A stretch of DNA of 64,000 nt, from the NCBI GenBank assembly GCA_964016885.1, contig OZ024752.1, positions 12,028,001 to 12,092,000 on the forward strand, in the 5' to 3' direction. The DNA comes from Eledone cirrhosa (taxonomy: Eukaryota). The position numbers were made by a program, and so were the translations under genes. Shown piece by piece: positions 27,401 to 41,934 of the stretch. Numbering within the stretch: position 1 is the first letter of the stretch; each line of letters starts with the position of its first letter. The notes under the pieces were generated by a model. It saw only the letters and a list, made by a program, of their open reading frames with translations, made no database searches and was not told where the DNA came from.

Positions 27401-28074
27401 AAATGGGAAAAAATGGTAAATAATGACACAAATGGGACCTGCCCCTTGTATAGGAGCACATTTTGGAATAGAATAGAAAGAACTAGGAATAAGGCTAATA
27501 GAATAAACTCATGGTATGATAGCAATAAATACCAGAGTGTAATGTTCATCGATACAACCCCTAGAGGTGAATTAGCTTACAAATTTAGAAGGGCCCTAGA
27601 TAAACATAAACTCAATATTAAGATAGTAGAAAGACCAGGTACCTCCGTAAAAACACTTATTAGCAAGACATACCCTTTTCAAAGACCCCCTGTATAGATA
27701 AGAAATGTATAACCTGTAAAATAAGCCCCCATATTAACTGTAAAACTAGAAATGTAGTGTATAGCATAAGATGTACCGAAGGACAATGTAGAGACAAAAA
27801 TATAGTGTACATAGGTGAGACTGCTCGTAGTGTAGGGGAACGGATAAATGAACACTGGCGAGACCTTCAAGATAGTAAAGAATCATCGGCACTCTACCAG
27901 CATGCTAAAATAGAACATAAGGGTAAATTAGAGAACATAGAAATAAAAATAGAATCTACACACAGAAAAGACGCAATGTTTAGACAAATCACAGAGGCAA
28001 TAAACATAAAAGAATTACAACCAAAATTAAATAGAAAACATGAGTGGAACAGCAACATCACAACTTACAATTAA
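24464..28074 (+). pseudogene. PLE polyprotein: N-terminal region, reverse transcriptase (25781-27697), Cys linker and GIY-YIG endonuclease (about 27690-28074); frameshifted
   Basis: TDKSG, LYGLRKDHK, TRPV, MDVVSLYPSI, GAAIG, RYVDD, PVLD; VYSIRC..C..VYIGET..R..EH..H...H; frameshift near 27690 shown by the 49840-50277 copy. Confidence 0.93.
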
Positions 28075-28275
28075 GGACAAAATGAAAACACACACGCACA
28101 TAAAACAAACAACCAACCGGTAACATGTAAATAAACAAATAAATAAACGAATATAAACACACACAGACACCCGGATGTGGCGCATGCGCAGACTGAGCAC
28201 ACAACACACACACAGAAACAAAATGGCGTAGGACAGAACAAAGGAGTGGCACAAAAACAAAGAAAAGAATCCCCA

Positions 28276-28318
28276 GTCACTGAAGAGGTCACAGAATGTG
28301 TGACGAAAGAACTTTGAC
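28276..28318 (+). ncRNA. Minimal type I HHR in 3' pLTR
   Basis: Identical to 24317-24359. Confidence 0.85.
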
Positions 28319-28418
28319 AATATATAAACAACCATCTGGTTGTGGAATCAACCAACCAACCGGAAATTTATAACTGGTGCGTGTGTTTCTTATTGGCAAC
28401 ATGACCCTCCCAAAGTAT

Positions 28419-28485
<67 letters not shown>

Positions 28486-28553
28486 TATATGTCCCAAGGC
28501 TCTGATACCATCAACACTATAAACACAGAGCTGGCAAATCTAAGAACTGACTA

Positions 28554-28609
28554 ACTGCCTGATGAGGTCAAAGCCATTCAATGGCTATCATCGAAATATA
28601 TATAGCAGT
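28554..28609 (+). ncRNA. Type I hammerhead ribozyme related to 4866-4920
   Basis: ACTGC-CTGATGA-G..AGCCAT/ATGGCT..C-GAAA-TATATA-TA-GCAGT, in a short (TA)n-flanked insert. Confidence 0.85.
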
Positions 28610-28654
28610 AAATAAAGAATTATGAGTTCATGCAATTGACTTATGTTTCACCAC

Positions 28655-29629
<975 letters not shown>

Positions 29630-29647
29630 AAATTTATTAATTTAAAG

Positions 29648-29980
29648 GCACATGGCTTAGTGGTTAGAGCATTGACCTTGCAATAGAAAGGTTGTGAGTT
29701 TAATTATCAGACCGGGTGATGTGTTGTTTCCTTGAGCAACACTTTATTTCACATTGCTCCAGTTTGCTCAGCTGTAGAAATGAGATGATAGGAACTGGGG
29801 TCCATATCATTCCACTGCAAAGTGGTCGGGGAGGTGCCACGGCAAAAAAGCACCCACCATTCACTGTAAATGAGGTTGGTGTTAGGAAGGGCATCCAACT
29901 GTAGAAATCAAGCCAGAATCAGTACCCGTCCCACCCTTGCAAGCAGGGTAAAGCGGACGTAAAATGAAATGATGAAATGA
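29648..29980 (+). mobile_element. tRNA-derived SINE with CORE-like segment and (ATGA)-type tail
   Basis: TGGCTTAGTGG A-box, TGTTTCCTTGAGCAACACTTTATTTCAC, repeat tail. Confidence 0.7.
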
Positions 29981-30239
29981 TATATATATATATATCTATA
30001 TTTATCTATTATTTGTTCATAGGTGTCTTTTAATCTTGTAGCCTGGTTTAATTGGTTTTGTGTGTGGTTGATTATGCTGATTGGGAGAGGAAATTATGTA
30101 TATATTTTATCAAATGATTCTATGGACATACTTTATTGTATAAATATATATATATAAAAGAAATAGGATTTCGCTTCAAGCATAGCTTTATACAATATGT
30201 ATAAATATTTCGTATCTCCAAAGAAATACAGATTTAGGA

Positions 30240-31545
30240 AGCCGTAGCTATGCAAACACCTTCTGGCGATGTCCAGCAGAAGCAAGGGTGACAACCGTCT
30301 ATGCATTTCAGGCTTAACTGGACATCGCCAGAGGGTGTTAGCTCCCCAGTGTTTGCATGCGCCTCATTACAACCAGGCCCTCAAGCGAAGCAGCTTCCGG
30401 GAGGAAATATCCTTTTATGCAGCTTCCTTTAGCGGAACCAGCAGGCGACGCCACCGCTCACGCCACGTAACCTGGTTCAACCCTCCCCACAATGCCGAGG
30501 TGGCAACACCTATCGGGAAAAACACCTATCCTCGAAAAACACTTCCCACCACAACAGCGCTACCACAACATAATCAACAAGAACACTATCAAACTCTCCT
30601 ACAGCACCACATCCAACTTCGCACAAAACATCGCCTCCTCAAACAAGAAAAAACTCAACCCCTGTGGAAGATTCAACCTAGACATTGGTGGAGAGCCGAC
30701 CAGGAGGTGCAACTGCCCTGATAGATCTACGTGCTTCCTCAACAACAGATGCCGAGAACGTAACGTGATCTACCATGCAACGTGAGCACGGACACCTCCA
30801 GCAAAGCTTTTATAGGATTAACCGCTTGTGACTTTAAGACCCGGCTCTACCAACACCGACATACGTTCCGAAACCCGACCCGGCGACATGCCACTGGACT
30901 TTCGGGCCACATCTTGAACCTCCAAGATAATAACATAACATACAATCTTACTTAGAGCTTACTGTCCAAGGCTAACTCCTATACAGGCGGACGCCGTCCG
31001 TGTAACTTATGCTTGGAGGAAACATTACAAATGCTGTTTACGAAGGACCAACTCATAAACAAAAAAGATGAACTTGTAACTGCATGCAAACACCCATTGC
31101 GTAGGACTTACCTCGCCCTCAAACCCCATAATGACCCGGGTGGGTAGACAATGGCTGCAACATCCTCCTTTTCCCCAGTTGCCAAACAAGATAGGGGAAA
31201 CCCCAGCTAACATAGGTAGATGTACCACTTTTCTTTTCCTTTCTATTTTCTTCTTCCCTTTTTCTCTTCCTATTACTTCCTTCCACTCCCTATCCTCTTC
31301 ATTTTCCTTTTTCCCCTTTCGCCTACCTCGAGACAGCCCATCGGACCTCTGTAGCCTCAGTCCCCCCACCACAGTAAATTATAGATAGCATTGGCCGAAA
31401 ACGCAATACCAACTAAATATAGCAGCTGTTTTAGATGTGATTTTTTATCACTTCTTACTATCCAATTTTATATTTTTATAAATTTTTTTCTTATTTACTT
31501 ATTATCTTCTAATATCAATTGATTTACCTATTGTACAACGGTACC
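30240..31545 (+). mobile_element. 5'-truncated, decayed Penelope-like element (linker plus GIY-YIG)
   Basis: YNQALK, VTWFNPP, IKLSYS, CNC..C..C, VIYHA...FIGLT..FKTR...H, CNLCLEE. Confidence 0.85.
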
Positions 31546-31566
31546 ATTATTAAATGCGAAAATTAG

Positions 31567-31751
31567 GGCGGTGAATTGGCAGTATCGGTAGAGGGTCGGA
31601 CACCATGCTTTCGAGCATAGTTACGTCCCTTTACGGTCTGAGTTCAAATCCCGCCGAGGTTAACTTTGCCTTTCATCCTTATGGGGTCGGTAAAATAAAG
31701 TACCAGTAATGTACTGGGTAATTTGCTGGCCTTGTGCCAAAAGTAGAAACA
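31567..31751 (+). mobile_element. SINE (Meta-domain-like) with TSD
   Basis: Full-length copy flanked by ATTATTAAATG(C/T)GAAAAT. Confidence 0.9.
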
Positions 31752-32330
31752 ATTATTAAATGTGAAAATATCCACTTTATAAATAAATGTTTTGATATTA
31801 TACTGAAAGAATCTCTTCAGCATTTTCTACTGAAACAATCTTTTCCCTCTCTACTATTTGTTTATATATATATATATACGATATTAAATAAATGGAAACT
31901 ATATTTATAAAACCATATTTATTTCATTATATATATTTCAGGGATATCATATTAACAATATGCTATGCCTTCCTCAGACAAAATACAATATAGACAGTTT
32001 TATAGATAAATAGATTTGACATACCGTTCAACATCGACTTGTATTTGAAAAGTTGATTTGGCAGTGAAAAAAATTGTAAACAGAAAGAAAGAAAGAGAGA
32101 AAAAAGGAAAGAAAGAAAAGAAAGAAAGAAAACGAAGAAAAAGAAGAAAAAGAAGAAATGCATGGAACAAAATAGAGAGATGGAAAGATAGATAAAGATA
32201 GATAAAGAGAAGAACTTCATGTAAAGAAACAGAGAGAGATATATATAGAGAGAGGAGATAGATAGAGATAGATATATAGAGAAAAGTAGGTGGTTGGACA
32301 TCCGTTGAATAAACGTATCAATGATACATT

Positions 32331-32433
<103 letters not shown>

Positions 32434-32439
32434 GAATCA

Positions 32440-33015
32440 GTACCTCTCTACGGACAACTCACGCTGCATACCAGGTCCGAACACGGAAGAGCCGAACTCC
32501 ATTGTCATCGCCTCCATCTCTCTCGCCCTCCCCATATCTCATGTACACTAGAGCCGAACACAGAAGAGCCGAACTCCCACTACCATCGCCTCCATCTCTC
32601 TCGCCCTCCCCATCTCTCATGTACACCAGAGCCGAACTCCCACTACCATCGCCTCCGTCTCTCTCGCCCTCACAATATCTCTGTATGGTGAGCAAATGGG
32701 GTCCCACGTGTTGGCCTCCACACGGCCCCGGTGAACAGAATGGAGAAGGCGTTTCCCAGGAGGATGGTAAGGGAGATGCGCTGGAAGAGCCATTCCATCT
32801 CATTCCACCTGCGGCTGGTCAGCTCAGCGCTTATGGTGGTAAGTAGGGCCAAGGACACTAGAAGTCTCCACTGCTAGGGGCTCGACAGCAAACCTGTCGG
32901 AGAGCGACCGATACTTGGAGAGTTTTCCCTCCTTAGCCCGACGTGCAGCAAAACCTGGGTTAGTCGCAGACGGCACCAAGTTGCAGCTAGAGAACGCGTT
33001 GCTGCACGTGGCATT
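32440..33015 (-). mobile_element. 3' end of CRE-clade non-LTR retrotransposon
   Basis: WLFQRISLTILLGNAFSIL motif; shared 3' UTR with 36315-36545 and 39730-39822. Confidence 0.7.
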
Positions 33016-33120
33016 TCAGACGAGAATGCCCTTCCTAATGCCTACTACTTTACAGCATATACTGGATTTTATCAGAATACCAACATTACATTGTATAATC
33101 AGTTGTTTCAGTCTCTAGAT

Positions 33121-33460
33121 CAGGGGTGTGCAACATATTTCATTGGCGGGCCACTTTTGAACATTGGAACAACTATCAAAAATATGTAATTTAATGAAAA
33201 CCAGTGAATTGAGTCATAAATACATTGTGAATACATTTTTAAACAATAAAGACAAATAACATGGAACTGGGAAATTATAACACATAGCCCTATCAGTGAA
33301 GCCCTTTAGTATAGGTCAACTAACAGAAAATTGTATTACGGTTACAAAAAAAATTCTAAATAAGCCTACAAGGTAAAGATTAAAAACGCTCATCGCGGGC
33401 CACTCTGACTGGTCTGCTGGGCCGGATTCTAGCCCGCGAGCCGCCTGTTGCACGCCCCTG
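33121..33460. mobile_element. Non-autonomous hAT (Charlie-like) transposon
   Basis: TIR CAGGGGTGTGCAAC / GTTGCACGCCCCTG; perfect 8-bp TSD CTCTAGAT. Confidence 0.92.
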
Positions 33461-33796
33461 CTCTAGATTGTATTTTGTATTGTAAAAATATGTAATCAAT
33501 ACCAACAACTGTATGTTTTATATCTCGTGTTCCAGCTGCTCCAATTTTTAATCACTAAAACCAATTTAGTTTTTATAAATTTTTTCTTCGTTGTTATAGA
33601 AAGGAAAGTTTAATTATTATTGTTATATTATCATGTAGAGTCTATAAAACTGTCAAATAAATTCTATTAAATTCCTGCTTTTTATTTGCTGTTCTATTCC
33701 TTTCATTTCTTATATCGACACGATCAGCAAGTAATTTGGATTTTGTTAATTGGTTGTCTAGATAAAATAATTGACGGATCGATTGAATAAGAATAA

Positions 33797-34297
33797 TTAT
33801 TTCTACTTTAGGCAGAAGGCCAGCTATTTGAAGGGGATGGGAAAGTCGATTAAATCGACCCAGGTGCATTACGGTGCATTACTGGTGCTTTACTGGTTCT
33901 TTATTTTAGCGACCCCAGTGCATTACTGGTGCTTTACTGGTGCTTTACTGGTACTTTATTTTATCGACCCCGTAAGGATGAAAGGTAAAGCTAATCTCGG
34001 CAGGATTTGAACTCAGAATGGCAAGGGCCGTAACTCTATGCTGCAAAGTAAGTTGTCCGACCTTCTACTGATACTGCCAATCCACCGCCCTATAGTTGAT
34101 AATAATGGTTTCTGATTTAGGCATAAGGCTAACAATTTTAGGGGATGGAAAAGTCAATTAAATCGAAACCAGTGTATTACTGGTACTTTATTTTATAGAT
34201 CCCGTAAGGATGAAAGGCGAAGCCCACCTCGGTGAGCCATAACTCAATACTACAAAGCATGGTGTCTGACGCTCTACCAGTTTTGCCAATCCTCCGC
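33797..34297 (-). mobile_element. Two adjacent SINE copies
   Basis: Same SINE core as 22411-22599. Confidence 0.8.
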
Positions 34298-34319
34298 ACT
34301 GGATCGATTGATGAGGTTG

Positions 34320-36060
34320 GTGGGTGGTGGTGTTGGTAGTGGTTGAGGTGATGATGTTAGTAGTGGTTGAGGTGGTAGTGTTAGTGGTGGTGGTGTTAGT
34401 GGTGGTTGAGGTGGTGGTGTTGGTAGTGGTTGAGGTGATGATGTTAGTGGTGGTTGAGGTGGTAGTGTTAGTGGTGGTGGTGTTAGTGGTGGTGGTGGTG
34501 TTGGTAGTGGTTGAGGTGGTGGTGTTAGTAGTGGTTGAGGTGGTGGTGTTAGTGGTGGCTGAGGTGGTGGTGTTAGTGGTGGTTGAGGTGGTGGTGTTGG
34601 TGGTGGCTGAGGTGGTGGTGTTGGTAGTGATTGAGATGGTGGTGTTAGTAGTGGTTGAGGTGGTGGTGTTGGTGGTGGCTGAGGTGGTGGTGTTAGTGGT
34701 GGTTGAGGTGGTGGTGTTAGTGGTGGTGGTGTTAGTGGTGGTTGAGGTGGTGGTGTTAGTGGTGGTTGAGGTGGTGGTGTTGGTAGTGATTGAGATGGTG
34801 GTGTTAGTAGTGGTTGAGGTGGTGGTGTTGGTGGTGGTTGAGGTGGTGGTGTTAGTGGTGGTTGAGGTGGTGGTTGAGGTGGTGGTGTTGGTAGTGATTG
34901 AGATGGTGGTGTTAGTAGTGGTTGAGGTGGTGGTGTTGGTGGTGGCTGAGGTGGTGGTGTTAGTGGTGGTTGAGGTGGTGGTGTTGGTAGTGGTTGAGGT
35001 GGTGGTGTTAGTAGTGGTTGAGGTGGTGGTGTTAGTGGTGGTTGAGGTGGTGGTGTTGGTGGTGGCTGAGGTGGTGGTGTTAGTGGTGGTTGAGGTGGTG
35101 GTGTTGGTGGTGGCTGAGGTGGTGGTGTTAGTGGTGGTTGAGGTGGTGGTGTTGGTAGTGATTGAGATGGTGGTGTTAGTAGTGGTTGAGGTGGTGGTGT
35201 TGGTGGTGGCTGAGGTGGTGGTGTTAGTGGTGGTTGAGGTGGTGGTGTTAGTGGTGGTGGTGTTAGTGGTGGTTGAGGTGGTGGTGTTAGTGGTGGTTGA
35301 GGTGGTGGTGTTGGTAGTGATTGAGATGGTGGTGTTAGTAGTGGTTGAGGTGGTGGTGTTAGTGGTGGCTGAGGTGGTGGTGTTAGTGGTGGTTGAGGTG
35401 GTGGTTGAGGTGGTGGTGTTGGTAGTGATTGAGATGGTGGTGTTAGTAGTGGTTGAGGTGGTGGTGTTGGTGGTGGCTGAGGTGGTGGTGTTAGTGGTGG
35501 TTGAGGTGGTGGTGTTGGTAGTGGTTGAGGTGGTGGTGTTAGTGGTGGTTGAGGTGGTGGTGTTAGTGGTGGTGGTGTTAGTGGTGGTTGAGGTGGTGGT
35601 GTTAGTGGTGGTTGAGGTGGTGGTGTTGGTAGTGATTGAGATGGTGGTGTTAGTAGTGGTTGAGGTGGTGGTGTTAGTGGTGGCTGAGGTGGTGGTGTTA
35701 GTGGTGGTTGAGGTGGTGGTTGAGGTGGTGGTGTTGGTAGTGGCTGAGGTGGTGGTGTTGGTAGTGGCTGAGGTCGTGGTGTTGGTAGTGGTTGAAGTGG
35801 TGGTGTTGGTAGTGTCTGAGGTGGTGGTGTTAGTGGTGGCTGAGGTGGTGGTGTTAGTGGTGGTTGAGGTGGTGGTGTTGGTGGTGGCTGAGGTGGTGGT
35901 GTTAGTGGTGGCTGAGGTGGTGGTGTTAGTGGTGGTTGAGGTGGTGGTGTTGGTAGTGGTTGAGATGGTGGTGTTAGTGGTGGTTGAGGTGGTGGTGTTA
36001 GTAGTGGTGGTTAAGTTCATGGTGTTAGTGGTGGTGTTAGTAGTGGTTGAGGTGGTTGGG
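34320..36060. repeat. Triplet-derived minisatellite, mainly 24-bp unit GTGGTTGAGGTGGTGGTGTTAGTG
   Basis: About 70 variant units with higher-order repetition. Confidence 0.95.
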
Positions 36061-36314
36061 GAGGTGGTAGAGGTGCAATATAGTGCCTTTCTTTATGTCA
36101 TATAAATCTGATCTTTGATTGTCAACTCGAGACAATCTAAATCCGTTTCCAATGTTTGTTTTGTTTTAGAAACCGAGAACTCAGCCAAAAATATCTGCCA
36201 AGCCGTTCACTATTGAGATCTAATTATCCTAGTTCAGATGTTCCCAAGCCCGTGGGTTACTATGGTTGTTCAAAGTCTCAAGGTGAATCAACAGCAACAT
36301 AGAATTGATAAATG

Positions 36315-36545
36315 TGTCCGAACACAGAAGAGCCGAACTCCCACTGCCATCACCGCCACCTCTCTTGCCCTCCCCATCTCTCTGTATTACGAGCAAATGG
36401 GGTCCCACGTGCTGGCCGCCCCACGGTCCCGGCGGACAGAATGGAGAAGGCGTTTCCCCGGAGGATGGTAAGAGAGATGTGCTGGAAGAGTCATTCCATC
36501 TCGCGAGTCTCACACTTGTGGCTATGATATAAGGAAAGGCTAACA
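36315..36545 (-). mobile_element. CRE-clade retrotransposon 3' end (second copy)
   Basis: Homologous to 32555-32830. Confidence 0.65.
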
Positions 36546-37254
36546 CCACCGCCTATGGCGGTGTCCCAGTATATGAGGCAAAGAAATACAAAGGTAATGT
36601 TCTTCTCTGCTTTGTTGTCAGTTTTGTATCACTGTATGGGTGGAAGAGTGCTTCACAATAAATGAGAGATATCTGGTGGAGCGCCGAGTTCAATATTAAA
36701 TTCTAAATTCTAAAGATATCTGAAAATTATAGAATCATACTGCAGACCTGTTATCCCTCCTCGTCCGACGGGGAGATCTCCCACATACTTTGGGGTGGGG
36801 GAGAGTTGTCTTCTCTTGTGAAAATGGGTATAGCTTTTATTATGTAAAATCTCCCCATTTTACCTCATTTCTCCTCGTTTTGGGGGCACTTTTTTTTCAT
36901 GGTATTCCCCGTTTGAGTTTTCAGAAGTTGGCAGGTCTGCTACAGATATCTGTTGTGCGCTGTTGTGGGTTGAGACACGCAACAAGTGATAAGGCTGATG
37001 GTGCAGGACAAAATATTTAGTTGCTATAGTTATTGTTGAAAGAGCTACTTGATGGCTTTTTGTCCCGAGGAGCTAAAGAAAGAGGTGGAAAGCAGCAGGT
37101 TTCAGGCTCCAGTGAGCTGAGATTTCAGTAACATAAAACACCTGTACATCACCAGATACAGCTTCGAACGTGACCCCCCGTCGCCGTTATGTTAACATTC
37201 AAGAAGTGAATAATTGTTTTTACTTTTGGCACAAGGCCAGCAATTATCCCAGTG

Positions 37255-37830
37255 CCTTTCATCTATGCTGCTTCGGGAGGATCCTCCGCATTTCATGGCA
37301 GGATCACGTCTCTAGCAAGGGTGTCTTAGCACGGACAGGAACCCCCAGCATGTTTTCCCTGCTCATAAAGAGACGCTTGCGTTGGCTTGGCCATCTTAGC
37401 CGAATGCAGGATGGCAGAATACCCAAAGACATTTTGTATGGCGAGCTTACCACTGGCTCCAGACCCACAGGAAGGCCCATACTCCACTATAAAGACATGT
37501 GCAAGTGGGACCTCAAGACGGGTGGTATTGAACCAGTAGGCTTTGAAGTGGTGGCCACTGACCGCAGTAGCTAGCAACTTGCCATCAAATCGGCCATTAA
37601 GACATCAGAGGAGAGGAGAGAGGAGAAGAGGGAATAGAGAAGAGCACGCAGACGCCAGAGAGCGGAGTTAGCGCCCTTGGACGACATCGTCTTCACATGC
37701 AGCAACAGCAACTACAACAAGACCTGCCGTTCGAGGATCGAGCTCTACAGCCACAGCCAACGCTGCAGTTCCACCACAGACTAACCTCCATGGCACAATC
37801 TCTAGTGTCTCCCGAGATAGACGTATGCCA
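37255..37830 (+). mobile_element. RTE-clade LINE 3' fragment
   Basis: RILRISWQD, RRLRWLGHLSRMQDGRIPKDILYGEL, terminal zinc-finger remnant. Confidence 0.85.
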
Positions 37831-37854
37831 GAATATAATTACGTCTCTTTACTT

Positions 37855-38550
37855 TCTGAATTAAAATCCAGCCGAGGTTAACTTTGCCTTTCATCCTTAC
37901 TAGGTCGATAAAATAAAGTACCAGTTTAGCGCTGGGGTCAGTTTAATCGACTTTCCCCTCCTCCCAAATTTCTGACCTTGTGCCTAAATCAGAAACCGCT
38001 TTGCAACATAGGGTTGTGGCCCTTTACCTTCTGAGTTCAAATCCTGTCGAGGTTAACTTTGCCTTACGGGGTCTATAAAATAAAGTACCAGTAATGCACT
38101 GGGGTAATTGCTGGCCTTGTGCTAAAAGTAGAAACAATTATTGTTATTATTGGTGGATTGGCAGTATCGTTGGAGCGTCCGACAGTATGCTTTGCAGCAT
38201 AGAGTTACGGCCATTTACGGTCTAAGTTCAAATCCCACCGAGGTTAACTTTGCTTTTCATCCTTACGGGGTCGATAAAGCACGATTTAATTGACTAAAAC
38301 CTAAAGTCTAAAGTCCGTCTCGAACCCGGGGGTCATCAGGTTGGGGCATATCCCCGTTTCTGTGACATTAAGTGAGTGAGAGTATAGTACTTCCCCCTGG
38401 TCAGGATTAACTCCCCAGTTGTTGCTGATACTCATTTTCAGCTGAATATACTGGAGCAATGTGAAATAATATTTTTGCTCAAGAACACAACTCAGCACCA
38501 GGAATCGAGCCTACCACATTATGTCCATCTTAACCATGCAGCTTCACAAT
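37855..38550. mobile_element. Cluster of partial SINEs
   Basis: Three GAGGTTAACTTTGC..GGGGTC cores on the plus strand and a CORE-like SINE on the minus strand. Confidence 0.75.
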
Positions 38551-39084
38551 GGATTCTGCTGTACACCAAGTTATCAGATAATGGATCTTGTTAAAAATTC
38601 TTTTTCCTGCTTGCTTGTTTTATACAATTTTTACCTACTATACAGCGGTTAATGATATTCTCAGCTACAACCCAACCCAATCCAGGAATCGAACCCATGA
38701 CATTATGATCGTAAGACTCTTATCACTATGCCACACACCTCCACAACCTAAACTAAACATTTCATAAATTAGTAGAAACATTTTTAGATTTAACCATTAA
38801 ATAAAATTTTAGTACTTAAACAAATTAAACTAAAATGCGATGATATTCCCAATCATAGATCCCGACTCCGTCCATTTCTAGAATCCCGAAAACACTGCCT
38901 ATAATATCTTATATATCACCATTTAATCCAAGAATTAAAAGACAAATACAATTTATTCAAAAGCAAGAAAGAAAAAAACCTTATTTAGTAATAAAAAATA
39001 AAAAAGGGGAAACAAAAAGAAAGAAAGAATAGGGAAATATAGAAGAAAAAAAAAAAAGAAAAAGAAAGAAAAGAACCGGAAAGG

Positions 39085-39490
39085 GAGGGGATGGCAAGAG
39101 CTCTGGTATCGCAGAAGAGAGGGGAGGGTGATTGGGCTTTGGGCCTAGGGCAAGAGGGCAGGAGTGCTGTGTCCCGCTGACAAGACGGCAAAATCATTCC
39201 CCCGGACGATGGCCAGTGACACCCGCTGCAACAGCCACCCAACCTCGCGGGGATCCTTCCTCAGACAGGCCACCGACATTCCGATCTTGCGGAGGGGCTC
39301 GGCAGTACGGGGTCCAAGAACGCCTGAGGTCTCGACGGTAAGCGGTGCGAAGAGGAAGTGGCCGGACAAACCCCGGTATTTGTTTATTTTACGTTCATCT
39401 GCGAAGCGTGCTGCGATGCCGGGGTTTGTGACCGAAGTGACTAAGTTGGAAGCGGAGAACCTGTCACAGCAGGTGGCGTCCCTGATGATG
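39085..39490 (-). mobile_element. CRE-clade retrotransposon 3' fragment (restriction-like endonuclease region)
   Basis: DATCCD..ADERKINKY..FAPLTVETSGVLG..QRVSLAIVRGN. Confidence 0.85.
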
Positions 39491-39835
39491 GATCTACTTC
39501 CTTCGAATGGGAAGAGGGTGAAGTGGAATAAAGTTGTGATTTTTATGTAAATGGTCAGGAAATCAAGAAACCAGAAAAGGATTCCATATGCGAGAGGAGA
39601 AACTATCAGAATAGAATTTAGAATTACATTTAGGCCTGAACATAATGGAATCAAATTGCCAATAATGTTCAAATTCCGCCGAGTTCAACGGTGCCTTTCA
39701 TTCTTTCGAGGTCGACAAAAGCCAGTTCAGTACACGGCGTCTATCTCGTTCTCCCCATCTGTCCTTATTATAAGCAAATGGGGGCCCACGCGCTGGTCGC
39801 CTCGCGGCCCCGGAGGACAGAATATATTATAATTG

Positions 39836-40020
39836 TTTCTACTTTTGACACAAGGCCAGCAATTACCCCAGTACATTACTGGTGCTTTATTTTATCGACC
39901 CTGTAAGGATGAAAGGCAAAGTTAACCTCGGCGGGATTTGAACTCAGAACGTAAAGGGCCCTAACTATGCCACAAAGCATAGTGTCTGACGCTCTACCGA
40001 TTCTGCCAATAAACCACCCT
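39836..40020 (-). mobile_element. SINE with TSD AGAATATATTATAATTG
   Basis: Full-length copy with flanking direct repeat. Confidence 0.9.
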
Positions 40021-40574
40021 AGAATATATTATAATTGAAAACTAAATTGTACAAAAATAGAACTTTGATATTAAAAATTAACACCTGGATCTCGGTACTA
40101 CGCGCAGCTCACATCCAAGAAATTTATAATAAATTTATAATAAAAATTAACCGAAGCTGAACCTAATAACTCAAAAACTTTGTAGAAAAACAAATTCTAG
40201 TATTAACTATTAAATTTAGAATTATGATCTGAATCGACATGATCTCAGACCTCATTCGTTTACGGAGTGAGGTGGAACTCATCAGATTGAACCAAGGAAA
40301 CAATGTTTCCATTGGTATTTCTATTGCTGATACTATCTACTGGTTGCAACTGCTGACAGAGAAATATATGTTAGAAGTCATCATTCAACCCAAGAATTTT
40401 AAATTATCCTTGATTAAATTAGAATTGGAAATTAAATTGTACAAAAAGGTCTAAAAATTAATATTAAAAATTGAATACCTGTTTCATTGTTGTAGCACCT
40501 GTAATTTCCATCTAACTGCTACACTGCCTCAAGCCAAAAAAGCAGGTTTACCTCGACCAACGGAAGTAACCAAA

Positions 40575-40665
<91 letters not shown>

Positions 40666-41934
40666 ATAATTGTATGTATATTTACCTTTCAGTTGCTTTT
40701 CTTCCTTCCAATTGACTAGCCATTGTAAGAACTAACGACTTCTTGTCGCATCTCCTGCATGTACACAGTATCCAATAGCTGTTTGCTAACAGCAAACTTT
40801 CAGCATGTTACGAGGCTATTTACTTAGAACACAATTTAAACTTATACTGGAGTAAAACATGTAGTTTAGAGTTTTCGACCATAAACAGCGATAACAAGGG
40901 TACTTTACCCAATTTATTAAACTATTATCTATATATACCAACTATAGTTTATAGTTGTGGTGACTAATTTTACAAATTGCAAATTTTTCTGTTTGTTTAA
41001 ACTGTAATTGTTTTTCTTTTTTCGACTTAATTTTGTCTGTAGAATAGAAATAGAATTAAATTTTCGGGTTTGCAACTTAGTTTTGGTTCTTAGATGTAGA
41101 TATTGCATTTTCTTTGGTCGCTTATGTTCTTGATACAGGCATAATGCTCATGTAATCCATATTTCCATTCTTCCCTTATAAAACTGAAAGCCTGCGTCCG
41201 TTTATCGTCTGCTTAACAGCGTCTCTAATGTCGTCTGCGTTTTTCATTTCAGTTTCTCATACATTTTAGAGAACACACACGCACACTCACTCATACATTC
41301 ACATGCATATTCACACACAAATGTGCATACGCAAACGCATAGACATACACACACAGAATTGTGCAGACATATTCATACAAGCTCAAATACATTCACGCAT
41401 ACACACACACATATACACAAAACTGTGCACACTTATTCATACACACCCGAATACCTTCAAACATACACACAAAGAGTGCCATTCGTTTTGTTTCCTTTTT
41501 CGTCTTTTTTTCTTTTTGCTGCTGTTTCTCAGCAAAGAAGTGTGATAGTTAATTTAATCGAATTTCCACTTGCTTCAGTTCAAATAAAACTAGAAAATAT
41601 ATACAAAACTCATTAAATGCTACTCACAATTGCAGGTCCATTTGTTGTTTCGTCTATATTTTTTATCCGCCATTCTTTTAAAGATTGATCAGCCTACATT
41701 TAAGTTCGAAATCACCATCAAAACAAGTATTTCTTGACACCTGGAAAGGAGAATACCAGGAAAAAGAAATCACTTCGTTTTTTTTTTTTTTCATTATTTC
41801 GTCTCCAACCCCTTTTCCAGCCCCTCTCCAGTTACTAATGCCACCGAACATAAGTTGTCAGGCAACGAAATCAATCCCATTTATATACACTAAAAATAGA
41901 TTTGTATTTATTACAGATCGATATAGGTTATTGT

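Larger units (their letters stand above)
24175..28424 (+). mobile_element. Near full-length Penelope-like element (family 1; CCHH-type GIY-YIG, Naiad-like)
   Basis: Direct pLTRs at about 24222-24512 and 28181-28424, each with an HHR; RT plus GIY-YIG; ends in (TA)n. Confidence 0.93.

Noticed and set aside
24464-28074. Selenocysteine recoding, as reported for some Naiad PLEs
   Set aside because: The ORF breaks are frameshifts ending in TAA/TAG; I found no in-frame TGA at Cys positions.
31340-31440. HHR expected at the 3' end of the 30.2-31.5 kb PLE
   Set aside because: No CUGANGA or UUGANAA core with complementary stems could be assembled by eye.
31567-31660. tRNA gene
   Set aside because: The A/B-box-like head belongs to a multi-copy SINE with TSDs and does not form a full cloverleaf.
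34188-36105. 610-aa mucin-like poly-Thr ORF and 593-aa poly-Val ORF on the opposite strand
   Set aside because: A triplet-based minisatellite open on both strands, with no signal peptide, running into a SINE; it would need RNA-seq support to be called an exon.
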